From: Nitrosopumilus zosterae
GTDB taxonomy: Archaea > Thermoproteota > Nitrososphaeria > Nitrososphaerales > Nitrosopumilaceae
DNA length: 32,000 nucleotides
Direction of reading: 5' to 3'
Assembly: GCF_025998175.1 (NCBI RefSeq)
Contig: NZ_AP026695.1
Location: forward strand, 704,038 to 736,037
Shown: one piece after another, positions 16,742 to 24,923 of the stretch
How positions within the stretch are numbered: the stretch's first letter is position 1
Layout of the letters: each line of letters starts with the position of its first letter
The notes under the pieces: generated by a model
Database searches by the model: none
The model's input: the letters and a program-made list of their open reading frames with translations, nothing else
Told to the model about the DNA's origin: nothing
Position numbers and translations under genes: made by a program

Positions 16742-16897
16742 GAATTTTTTTAAAAAAATACGTGAAAATATGATTTTCGTACAAAATAGCATTTTCATAC
16801 AGGACAAAATTTGGAAAAAGTGTGATATTGGGAATTTAGGGAATAAACCGATTGAACATCTTACACAACTGAGAAAAATGGACATCTGTATCAAGTC

Positions 16898-17107
16898 ATG
16901 AAAGTGTTGAGGGTTAATCGGTTAAGGGCTGCCATCCTTTCTGATGCAATTGATCAGATTGGAAAATTCAAGACAGTTGAAAGGTTGGTGAATTTGAATG
17001 CGGATAGAAAGCGACTTTGGTTAGATCAGATTCAATCTGTTGAGTCTAAAACAAAAAATGATTCTATGCCTATCTTATTAAGTCATTTTTATAAAGAGAC
17101 AATTTAG
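16898..17107 (+). CDS. hypothetical protein (69 aa), uncertain
   Basis: ORF only, 16 nt upstream of the AlbA_2 gene on the same strand. Charged, helical-looking sequence. No family recognised. Confidence 0.3.
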   Translation: MKVLRVNRLRAAILSDAIDQIGKFKTVERLVNLNADRKRLWLDQIQSVESKTKNDSMPILLSHFYKETI

Positions 17108-17123
17108 TAGATGTTCATAAAGT

Positions 17124-18089
17124 ATGATCGAAATTCCTGATGATGTTGAGCAATGGACTTATGGAAAGATTGTTGATTTGGTTAATGAAGGGTATGATGA
17201 AAATGATATTTTAGAAATTAAGCAAGACGTAAATGAAGATAGTGATAGATTTGCAAGATCAGTTTGTGCTTTTGCAAATACAAATGGTGGCACAATAATT
17301 TTTGGTATAGATAATAACAGAAAAAAACCATTACATCTTAATGACAGAATTTGTGGATTAGATGATTCTGATCAATTAAAGCGAAACATAATAGATAAAA
17401 TTAAACATATTCAACCCAGCATCCCGATAAAAAATTTGATTTTTCGAAAAACTAATATCAAATTACCAAACAAACGTGTAATTGTAATTTTAAAAGTAAC
17501 TCCCTCCTCAAGAAAACCTCACGAATGGAATCATGTTTTTTTGAAGAGATTGTCTGATGGAAATGAGCCAATGGATGTTACGGAAGTTAAACAGACAATA
17601 TTGGAATCTCAAAAGAATGAGAGATTACTAACTCTTCTTAGACAAGAAGCAGGTCTATTGCGTTATTTGTTCGAAAAATCAAAAAAACTTCTAGAAGAGG
17701 ATAAAATTCGTTTAACAACAATGTTTCTTAATACGATTCCTGTCGATACTGTAAAATATTTCATGCTTAACCAGTCTTTTCTTTATCCGGTACAATCGAC
17801 ACAATCTCTGATGAGGATTCTTGAAGTTGTTGAAAAAATGGAAAGCATTTCAAAAAAACATAGTACAACAAATATACTAAATGGTGATTTAAAAAAATCA
17901 CTGGAGAATCATATTGCTCTGGGATTACAAATTTTAATCCCTCAGGGACTGAAACATCTTTCGGAATTGGAAAACCATTTGGATGTAAAACTTATTCCTA
18001 CTATTGAAACCGAGGAATATGATCCCTTGTTTGATAAATTAGAAAATCCAAATGATAATTTGAATGATCAAACATCCAACAAATCATAA
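17124..18089 (+). CDS. AlbA_2 (Schlafen-like, 'divergent AAA') domain protein with unassigned helical C-terminal half
   Basis: ILEIKQDVNEDSDRFARSVCAFANTNGGTIIFGIDNNRKKP...RVIVILKVTPSSRKPH matches the AlbA_2 core (E-x-K, CAFAN-xx-GG-x-[IL]-x-G[IV]). The C-terminal 170 aa or so could not be assigned. Confidence 0.7.
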   Translation: MIEIPDDVEQWTYGKIVDLVNEGYDENDILEIKQDVNEDSDRFARSVCAFANTNGGTIIFGIDNNRKKPLHLNDRICGLDDSDQLKRNIIDKIKHIQPSIPIKNLIFRKTNIKLPNKRVIVILKVTPSSRKPHEWNHVFLKRLSDGNEPMDVTEVKQTILESQKNERLLTLLRQEAGLLRYLFEKSKKLLEEDKIRLTTMFLNTIPVDTVKYFMLNQSFLYPVQSTQSLMRILEVVEKMESISKKHSTTNILNGDLKKSLENHIALGLQILIPQGLKHLSELENHLDVKLIPTIETEEYDPLFDKLENPNDNLNDQTSNKS

Positions 18090-18247
18090 CTAACATCATT
18101 ACCTAGTCATTACCAAAAACAGCACAACTCACGTACGAATTGGGGGGCATTCTATTTTTACTCTTTGTCGATAAACTCGTTAGCACTTTGAAAACAAATT
18201 AAAAATTTATTCATGATGGATTTTTCAGTGTTTTTTACAGTCACAGA

Positions 18248-19393
18248 TTAGTCAGTCTGCATAGACACCAGTAATGGATCTGGCTTGTAAAACTCTCCAT
18301 GCTCTGTTGCAAGTTTGTTTAATTCATCTACAATGTTTTTGATGCCGATCTCTTTTGCAGTTTCAAACAATGGTTTTTTCAGACCCAGTCCCAACTGTGC
18401 CGCTTTTTCGATCTCTTCAATATCACTTGCACCGTTAGTCACAAGCCATGCGGCATTGTTAATAATATTTGCAACAAGTTGAATGGGATTGCATTTTTGT
18501 GCAAGTTCTTCTGAAAGCGCAACTCTCTCATATTTGTCATCAGAATACTTGTAAAACCCCTCCCCTGATTTTTGTCCGAGTTTTTTCTCATCAAACATTT
18601 TTTCAACTAGATGGTGTGGATTGATCACTTTTTTGTCTCGTAGATGCATCTCGACTGTTGCTTTGTGAATTACGTCCATTCCCGTAAAATCTGCCAGCTC
18701 AAAAATCCCCATTGGAAATCTCAGTTTGAATTTAACAGCAGAATCTATCTCCTCAAGGGTTGCACCTGTTCTGTCTTTGACAAAACATGCTTCATGAACC
18801 ATTGGGATGAACAATCTATTTATGATAAATCCTGGAACGTCTTTTCTACATAGTACGGCGATTTTGTTAACCGATTTGACATATTCTTGAGTTAAATCCG
18901 TGATTTTTTGCGATGTTTTTTCTCCCGGGATTATTTCTACCAGCTTCATTAACTGTGGTGGGTTGAAGAAATGGATTCCTATGAATTTGTCTGGGCGTGA
19001 TGTTGTGTTTGCAATTTCGGTGATTGGCAACGTACTTGTGTTTGATGCAAAGATTACCTCTGGGGCTGCAACTTTGTCCAGTTCTGCATAAACTGTTTTC
19101 TTCAAGTCCATTATTTCGGGAACTACCTCAATTACTAGTTCTGCATCTTTTACTGCTTCTGCCAAATCCACAATTGGCTTTATTCTTGCAAAAATTGAAT
19201 CTCCCTCATCCTTTGAAATTTTTTCTTTTGATACCAGTTTGTCCAAGCTCCATCTTATCTTCTCCATGGCTTTGTCCAAAAATTCCTGTTTGATGTCTCG
19301 TAAAACTACATTATATCCTGCTGTTGCAGAAACTTGGGCTATGCCGTGACCCATTACACCAGATCCTAAAACTGTGATATTTTTTATTGACAC
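18248..19393 (-). CDS. 3-hydroxyacyl-CoA (3-hydroxybutyryl-CoA) dehydrogenase, NAD-binding, with duplicated C-terminal domain
   Basis: ITVLGSGVMGHGIAQV Rossmann loop, SNTSTL, GIHFFNPP, PGFIINRL motifs, plus an extra C-terminal helical repeat. GTG 19393 (VSIKNITVLGSG) is the preferred start. The track ORF runs to 19486 with an implausible 31-aa leader. Confidence 0.9.
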   Translation of the reverse strand: MSIKNITVLGSGVMGHGIAQVSATAGYNVVLRDIKQEFLDKAMEKIRWSLDKLVSKEKISKDEGDSIFARIKPIVDLAEAVKDAELVIEVVPEIMDLKKTVYAELDKVAAPEVIFASNTSTLPITEIANTTSRPDKFIGIHFFNPPQLMKLVEIIPGEKTSQKITDLTQEYVKSVNKIAVLCRKDVPGFIINRLFIPMVHEACFVKDRTGATLEEIDSAVKFKLRFPMGIFELADFTGMDVIHKATVEMHLRDKKVINPHHLVEKMFDEKKLGQKSGEGFYKYSDDKYERVALSEELAQKCNPIQLVANIINNAAWLVTNGASDIEEIEKAAQLGLGLKKPLFETAKEIGIKNIVDELNKLATEHGEFYKPDPLLVSMQTD

Positions 19394-19603
19394 TGATTCT
19401 AAAAAATTGAGATCCTTTATAATGTATTTGACTATTGTTGTTCGATTTTGTAACTCAAAATTTTTTGAATCAAAATTGATCCTCAAAACGGTTTATGCCT
19501 CATAGTTTCAAATTTTAGATTATCTGTTAACATAATATGCTGTTCTTAGCTTGGTTGATTCAATAACACACATTGTTAGATGCTCTTTTTTTAAAAAAAT
19601 CAT

Positions 19604-20728
19604 GTGCCTCAAAAAATAAATTCATTTAATGATGCAAATAATTTAGATATTTATCGTGAATTATACGAAAATTCTCTTATACTTTTTAGAACCATTAATC
19701 TGAAAGGCGAGATTATAAACTGTAATAAGGCATATTCTCAAGCCATAGGATATTCTAAAAATGAGATTATTGGACAAAATATTTTTGCCCATACAGCTAT
19801 AGAAAGTCTTGACGAAATGACTGAAATGTTTAACACATGGAAGTCTGGAAAATGCTATTCTAATAAAGAAGTATGGCTGAGAAAAAGAAATGGCGAAAAA
19901 TTTCTAGGATTATTTAGCGCAAATAATCTTTATGATAATGGAGTGCTTGTTGGAAGCAACACTGCAATTCAAGACATTACTGAAATCACATTGTTAAAAC
20001 AAGAATTCAAACACATTAAGAGAAAAAGACAGGAAATAATGGGAGAATTGTCTGTCAGAATTGCACATGACTTGAAAAACCCTTTAAGTGTGATTAAAAA
20101 CTCCATTGAAATATTACAAACAAAAAATAAATCTTTGAATGAACAACATTTGAATTTGTTCCAAGCAATTAATCGTTCTATACTCCGAATGGATCATCAG
20201 ATTAACCAGGTGTTTGATTTTGTAAATCCAAAACCTCTGGATCTAGAAGAGTGTTCAATTGGAAAAATCATTGAATCTGTAATTTCAGAAATAATTGATA
20301 CTGCGAATGTAATAGTACAATTACCAGAAAATGACTGCATGATTAAATGTGATAAAACTAAAATGGAAAATGTCTTTGCCAATTTACTATTAAATGCAAT
20401 TCAAGCAATGGAAGGAAATGGCACACTTGCTATAACTCTGAATGAAAGTGACTCTCATACAAAAATACGAATTAAAGATTCTGGGCCTGGAATTCCTGAC
20501 GAATTAATCTCTAAAATTTTTGATCCTCTGTTCACAACTAGACAAATTGGAACTGGATTGGGATTGTCAAGTTGTAAAACCATTATTGAGCAACATGGCG
20601 GGAGTGTATCATTTGAAAGTAAAATAGGACAAGGTACTGTTTTTGAGATAGAATTGCCTAAATCTAAATTATCTCTCACAACAAATAACGCTAACTTTGT
20701 TTTAGAATCTGAAAAATTATATGAATAA
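19604..20728 (+). CDS. PAS-domain sensor histidine kinase
   Basis: PAS (GEIINCNKAYSQAIGYSKNEIIGQNIF), H-box ELSVRIAHDLKNPLSVI, N-box LLLNAIQAM, G-boxes DSGPGIP and GTGLGLS. GTG start. No response regulator nearby. Confidence 0.9.
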   Translation: MPQKINSFNDANNLDIYRELYENSLILFRTINLKGEIINCNKAYSQAIGYSKNEIIGQNIFAHTAIESLDEMTEMFNTWKSGKCYSNKEVWLRKRNGEKFLGLFSANNLYDNGVLVGSNTAIQDITEITLLKQEFKHIKRKRQEIMGELSVRIAHDLKNPLSVIKNSIEILQTKNKSLNEQHLNLFQAINRSILRMDHQINQVFDFVNPKPLDLEECSIGKIIESVISEIIDTANVIVQLPENDCMIKCDKTKMENVFANLLLNAIQAMEGNGTLAITLNESDSHTKIRIKDSGPGIPDELISKIFDPLFTTRQIGTGLGLSSCKTIIEQHGGSVSFESKIGQGTVFEIELPKSKLSLTTNNANFVLESEKLYE

Positions 20729-20800
20729 AATTTTGCTTATCTGTGCCCTTTTTCTCCAAAATAAGGGTATTTTCATGAAGTTGATCGTTATATAAAATCT

Positions 20801-20843
20801 CGAGGATTATACAGGATGTCTTGTATCGTTTTTAATGTATTTC
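20801..20843. repeat. copy A of a 43-bp imperfect direct repeat
   Basis: 35 of 43 positions are identical to 22881-22923 in perfect register (offset 2080 bp), including an exact 15-mer tttttaatgtatttc. Confidence 0.8.
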
Positions 20844-21013
20844 CTTCCTTTAGAATTTCAATAAATGCTGAATCAAAATTAACCTCATAAATGGTTCAAT
20901 TTTTTATGAGTTCAAACCAATACTTGTAAATTGACTATTTGGTCTGTGAACTTTCCTAGTTTAACTGACATCGCATACATCAAATTAAATAGATTGAAAT
21001 GATATGACTTTCA

Positions 21014-21877
21014 GTGTTTCACTTTGTTCTTTTTGGTCTTTTAACTCTTGGAGGCATAACATTTGATGATAATCTAATTTCTACGCTTACTGATCTTGAA
21101 AATATTACAAGTCAATTTGGAACTGATGTGCCAGTTACAGATTTGATTGGCTATTCTATTGGGATGGTGATTTATGGAATTTTCATCTGGAATTTCTATA
21201 GATTTCTTGCAAGACGTGAAATGATTCCTTTAAGATTAAAAAAATATCAAACAGATGGGAAAAAGATTACCTCGATCATAGCATATGTTTTCAAATACGT
21301 CATCATATTTCCATTAGTTATTTTAGTCTGGTTTGTTGTTTATTCCACCTTTTTGTTTTTCATGGCACCTGACTTACCTACAGAACATGTGTTTTTGATT
21401 GTCATCTCTTTGGTAGTTACAGTAAGAATATCTGCATATTACAAAGAAGATCTTGCAAAAGATTTTGCTAAATTAATTCCCTTTGCTTTATTGGGTATTT
21501 TTCTCACCAGTAACATTTTCTTTACTCCAAATGATATATTAGATAGGGCATATGGATTTGTTCCATTTTTAGGTAAAATCCTCGGCTTTGTAATTTATGC
21601 AATACTAGTTGAGTCTATTTTACGAATTTTATTTTTAACAAAACGAAAGATTTTGCCTGTTGCTGAAGAGAAATTAGCAGAACAAATTGAAGAACAAATT
21701 GACGAGAAGATAAAAGTCCATGTAGAAAAAATTGAAGAAAAACAGAAAAACTTAGAACAAAAGATAGAAAAAGAAACAGATGAAATTGAAAAGAAGATGG
21801 AAAAAGAATCTAATGAAATAAAGAAAAAACTTGATAAAGAAAACACTACTTCAAATAAGGATTCTATAGAAAAATAA
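21014..21877 (+). CDS. multi-pass membrane protein with Lys/Glu-rich coiled-coil C-terminus
   Basis: About 5 hydrophobic helices, then EKLAEQIEEQIDEKIKVHVEKIEEKQKNLEQKIEKETDEIEKKMEKE. GTG start. The stop is 2 nt before the CDF gene. Confidence 0.6.
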   Translation: MFHFVLFGLLTLGGITFDDNLISTLTDLENITSQFGTDVPVTDLIGYSIGMVIYGIFIWNFYRFLARREMIPLRLKKYQTDGKKITSIIAYVFKYVIIFPLVILVWFVVYSTFLFFMAPDLPTEHVFLIVISLVVTVRISAYYKEDLAKDFAKLIPFALLGIFLTSNIFFTPNDILDRAYGFVPFLGKILGFVIYAILVESILRILFLTKRKILPVAEEKLAEQIEEQIDEKIKVHVEKIEEKQKNLEQKIEKETDEIEKKMEKESNEIKKKLDKENTTSNKDSIEK

Positions 21878-21879
21878 CC

Positions 21880-22809
21880 TTGGCATCTGGGTCTACTAGA
21901 GCAGTTTATGCTGCCCTTTTTGGAAATTTGGGAATTGCAGTTACAAAGTTTATTGCAGCTGCAATGACGGGCAGTGCTTCAATGTGGGCAGAATCTTATC
22001 ACTCTACTTCAGATACTGTTAATCAAATTTTATTGTTATTGGGCATCAAAATAAGTAAAAAACCTGCTACTGATTTGCATCAATTCGGTTTTGGAAAATC
22101 CCAATTTTTCTGGTCATTTATTGTCGCTACTATGATTTTTGGAATATCTGGCATATTGTCACTTGAACAGGGATTCTCATCTTTGTTGGGAACGGGACAT
22201 CATTTTGAAAATCCTGTAATAAATTACATTGTACTTGCAATTGCATTTGGTTTTGAGGCAAATGCATTAAGAATTGCGCTAATTCAATTTAAAAAACCAA
22301 TTAAAGAGCGAGGTGAAAGTATACTACCTTCAACTTTGTATAATGAATTTAAAAATAGTAAAGATACTTCAATTCTAACTGTGGTGGTGGAGGATACTGC
22401 TGCATTGTTAGGAATTGGAATTGCAGCTGTGGGGATATTTCTTACAGACATAACTGAAAATACTGTATATGATTCTATAAGCTCAATTATTATTGGAATA
22501 CTGCTAATGTCGTTTGCTTTTTTCTTGGCCAAAGAAAACAGAGGACTGTTAATCGGAGAATCCATCTCTCCAGAACAAAGAAAACAGATTGTGGATATTG
22601 TTACTGCAATACCTGAAGTTAACAAAGTTGTCACCATAAAAACAATGCATCTTAGTCCTACTGTCATCATAGTTGGAATTGAAGTAAATTTGATTGATGG
22701 GCTGGATACCGATAAAATTGAGATAATAACTGATGTGATTGAACACAAAATTATGAAGATCCTACCAAATTCCAACAAAGAGTATGTTTTTGTAGAAATT
22801 GAACGATAG
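21880..22809 (+). CDS. cation diffusion facilitator (CDF) family metal-ion efflux transporter
   Basis: AALFGNLGIAVTKFIAAAMTGSASMWAESYHSTSDTVNQ (TM1-2 with the H-x-x-x-D metal site), six TM helices and a C-terminal cytoplasmic domain. TTG start. Confidence 0.88.
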   Translation: MASGSTRAVYAALFGNLGIAVTKFIAAAMTGSASMWAESYHSTSDTVNQILLLLGIKISKKPATDLHQFGFGKSQFFWSFIVATMIFGISGILSLEQGFSSLLGTGHHFENPVINYIVLAIAFGFEANALRIALIQFKKPIKERGESILPSTLYNEFKNSKDTSILTVVVEDTAALLGIGIAAVGIFLTDITENTVYDSISSIIIGILLMSFAFFLAKENRGLLIGESISPEQRKQIVDIVTAIPEVNKVVTIKTMHLSPTVIIVGIEVNLIDGLDTDKIEIITDVIEHKIMKILPNSNKEYVFVEIER

Positions 22810-22880
22810 TTATGTACAAAATCTATCTTTCATACATGACCAATATCTGGTAAGTATTTGTAATTTATGCTATGATTCTA

Positions 22881-22923
22881 AGAAGATTATAAATGATATT
22901 TCGTATCATTTTTAATGTATTTC
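22881..22923. repeat. copy B of the 43-bp imperfect direct repeat; overlaps the promoter of the C2H2 gene
   Basis: See copy A. tttttaatg (22909-22917) lies about 27 nt upstream of ATG 22940. Confidence 0.8.
22909..22917 (+). promoter_or_regulatory. TATA-like box for the 55-aa C2H2 gene (leaderless-type spacing)
   Basis: The A/T box tttttaatg is centred about 27 nt upstream of ATG 22940. Confidence 0.35.
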
Positions 22924-22939
22924 AAAATTTTATTATTTT

Positions 22940-23107
22940 ATGGGTTTGTTCAAACGTAAGAAAGACGATAAAAACAAGACAAAATGTGATGTCTGTGGAA
23001 CTGATTTGTATGATCCTGAACGATTGAAAAAACACCTGAAAAAAGCACATGGAAACGTACCTGCAAAGAAATTGGATCCGAATGCGGGTGACGGTGGAAC
23101 TTGGTAG
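22940..23107 (+). CDS. small single C2H2 zinc-finger protein, 55 aa; below the ORF-track size cut-off
   Basis: My translation is MGLFKRKKDDKNKTKCDVCGTDLYDPERLKKHLKKAHGNVPAKKLDPNAGDGGTW. It fits C-x2-C-x3-L-x5-L-x2-H-x4-H. The antisense track ORF 22922..23185 was rejected. Confidence 0.65.
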   Translation: MGLFKRKKDDKNKTKCDVCGTDLYDPERLKKHLKKAHGNVPAKKLDPNAGDGGTW

Positions 23108-23108
23108 C

Positions 23109-23387
23109 ATGGAACTAAGTTCTGGTCGGAAAGCTAGCCTTGTTTTTGTTGGCGCATTTGTTGCCGCAGGAATTGTTCTATCCACTATGGTTTTTCCCTT
23201 TTGGAATCTAATTCGTGAGGATGTGTTTGAAGAAGTGGTGATTTTAACAAATGATAACGGAGTATGCTATGTTGAAACTTCTGATAACATTCCAAAAACC
23301 ATTGAAAATTGCACCCTTGACTCTGGTGATAAAGCTACTATCAAGTTTGGTAACGGTCTTGCTTGGGCTACGATAGTTGCCCCGTAA
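23109..23387 (+). CDS. small membrane-anchored protein (92 aa)
   Basis: Start taken at ATG 23109, 1 nt after the C2H2 stop. One TM helix (LVFVGAFVAAGIVLSTMVFPF) followed by a small Cys-containing domain. The track start at 23049 would overlap the C2H2 gene. Confidence 0.55.
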   Translation: MELSSGRKASLVFVGAFVAAGIVLSTMVFPFWNLIREDVFEEVVILTNDNGVCYVETSDNIPKTIENCTLDSGDKATIKFGNGLAWATIVAP

Positions 23388-23424
23388 TCGATGATTTAAT
23401 ATTTTGAAAATATACTAAAAACAC

Positions 23425-23832
23425 ATGGACTGTATTTTCTGTAAAATCATCTCTGGTGATATCCCTGCAAAAATCATTAAAGAAACAAGTTATTCGATAT
23501 CGTTTTTAGACGCATTTCCACTTGCAAAGGGCCATGTACTTGTAATTCCAAAAAATCATCATCAAAAAATTCAGGATATGAGCGAAAAAGAAAACTCTGA
23601 TTTGTTTTCTCTTGTACATTCTATGATTTCAAAGGTTGACTCTATTACCGGTTCCACTTTACTTGCTATACATAACGGTAAAGATGCAGGACAGGAAGTA
23701 CCACATGTTCATGTACATCTAGTTCCAAGAAGCAAAGATGATTCTGCAGGAGCAATTCATTCCATGTTTAGTCATTCACTGAAACTATCTGACTCTGAAA
23801 TAGATGAGATATATGAAAAATTAAAAGTCTAA
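23425..23832 (+). CDS. HIT (histidine triad) family nucleotide hydrolase/transferase
   Basis: CIFCKII...DAFPLAKGHVLVIPK...VPHVHVHLVP is the histidine triad motif. Confidence 0.92.
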   Translation: MDCIFCKIISGDIPAKIIKETSYSISFLDAFPLAKGHVLVIPKNHHQKIQDMSEKENSDLFSLVHSMISKVDSITGSTLLAIHNGKDAGQEVPHVHVHLVPRSKDDSAGAIHSMFSHSLKLSDSEIDEIYEKLKV

Positions 23833-24545
23833 TACGGGTACAATCTTTCATTTGAATCTATATTTTCAACGATGATTGCTTTTGTTGGGCATGTCTCAGC
23901 AGCATTCATAATTTTGTTTACTCCGGCACCCTTTTGATTAATCACTGAGGATTTTGGATTTGACCTGCTTTCTTTATTGATTTCAAACACGTCTGGAGCT
24001 ATCATTTCACAACTACAACATCCAATACATCGACTTTTGTCTACATCTACGAAAAGATTTGGCTGTTTTTTGGGTTCTTGTGCTTTTTCATATTCCCCGT
24101 TTCTCCCGTCCGGACGAACCCGTGCATTATATTCCTCCCAAAATTTTCGCTCATACTCTTTCCAAAAATCAGGATCTCCTTCTTCGAACTCACGAGTGTA
24201 TTTACTCCAATCCTGTTCTGGAATGCCTCCGTCATCTGGTGCTCCCCATTGTGGCTTTTTCTTGTATCGTGTTTTGGTGTTTGGTTTTTCAGCATGTTTT
24301 TTCTGTGATGAACTGTTTTGATGATTGTGATTTTTCTTCAAAAAATTATAGGCCTCTGTAATTTTTTTAAATTCCGTGTCACTTACTGCATTTTTATTTT
24401 TGTCAGGATGCCATTCTAGTGCCAGCTTTCTGTATGCTGCCTTGATCTCGTCTTGTGATGAATCCTGATTCACATTCAATACCTTGATTGCCTGATATGT
24501 GTTCACTGAAGATAGAGATTTGTCATATGATAAAAATAATTGCAA
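23829..24545 (-). CDS. J-domain protein fused to a C-terminal ferredoxin-type Fe-S domain
   Basis: J-domain YQAIKVLNVNQDSSQDEIKAAYRKLALEWHPDKNK (HPD present). The C-terminus CIGCCSCEMIAPDVF...AAETCPTKAI is a CxxCxxC...CP ferredoxin motif. TTG 24545 or GTG 24506 as start. Confidence 0.85.
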   Translation of the reverse strand: MQLFLSYDKSLSSVNTYQAIKVLNVNQDSSQDEIKAAYRKLALEWHPDKNKNAVSDTEFKKITEAYNFLKKNHNHQNSSSQKKHAEKPNTKTRYKKKPQWGAPDDGGIPEQDWSKYTREFEEGDPDFWKEYERKFWEEYNARVRPDGRNGEYEKAQEPKKQPNLFVDVDKSRCIGCCSCEMIAPDVFEINKESRSNPKSSVINQKGAGVNKIMNAAETCPTKAIIVENIDSNERLYPY

Positions 24546-24557
24546 TGATGTTGGCTT

Positions 24558-24920
24558 TTATTCCAGTATTTCCTCATTTTCTGCTTTCCATGCAGGTTCA
24601 ACAATGCACAAAAATCTCAAATTCTCTGATCCCGTGTTTTTGATGCATTGCTTGGAATTTGGCGCAACATACGCTGAATCATCTTTTTCAAGCTCATATG
24701 CCTCCTCGTCCACATTCAGTCTTGCATTCCCGTCTAAAATGTAATAAATTTCAGATGATGCAAGTTTGTGGAGTTTGGAACTTTTTCCAGGCTTTAATGT
24801 GAACTGTGCCACACTGTAATTAATTCCACTTAGCGTGTTATGTGGATGAAAATACTGCTTGATTTTGGTTCCCTCATTTCCGTCAATAGGTTGAATCTCG
24901 GAATTTTTTCGTAATGACAT
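24558..24920 (-). CDS. cupin-domain protein (120 aa)
   Basis: KLHKLASSEIYYILDGNARLNVD...DDSAYVAPNSKQCIKNTGSENLRFLCIVEPAW is a cupin_2 / mannose-6-P-isomerase-type barrel. Confidence 0.8.
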   Translation of the reverse strand: MSLRKNSEIQPIDGNEGTKIKQYFHPHNTLSGINYSVAQFTLKPGKSSKLHKLASSEIYYILDGNARLNVDEEAYELEKDDSAYVAPNSKQCIKNTGSENLRFLCIVEPAWKAENEEILE

Positions 24921-24923
24921 TGT

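Noticed and set aside
16134-16894. Track ORFs 16134..16352, 16282..16470 and 16661..16894 as protein genes
   Set aside because: The translations are dominated by Ile/Val/Phe/Leu/Cys runs with no domain-like features. They are probably chance frames in AT-rich non-coding DNA. Only the terminal 21 codons of the first look peptide-like, and that is noted in a finding.
22922-23185. 87-aa minus-strand ORF
   Set aside because: It is antisense to a plus-strand ORF with a perfect C2H2 finger and a properly spaced TATA box, and its own sequence has no features.
23977-24744. Plus- and minus-strand overlapping ORFs within the J-domain/ferredoxin gene and cupin gene
   Set aside because: They are alternative frames of genes with clear J-domain, ferredoxin and cupin motifs.
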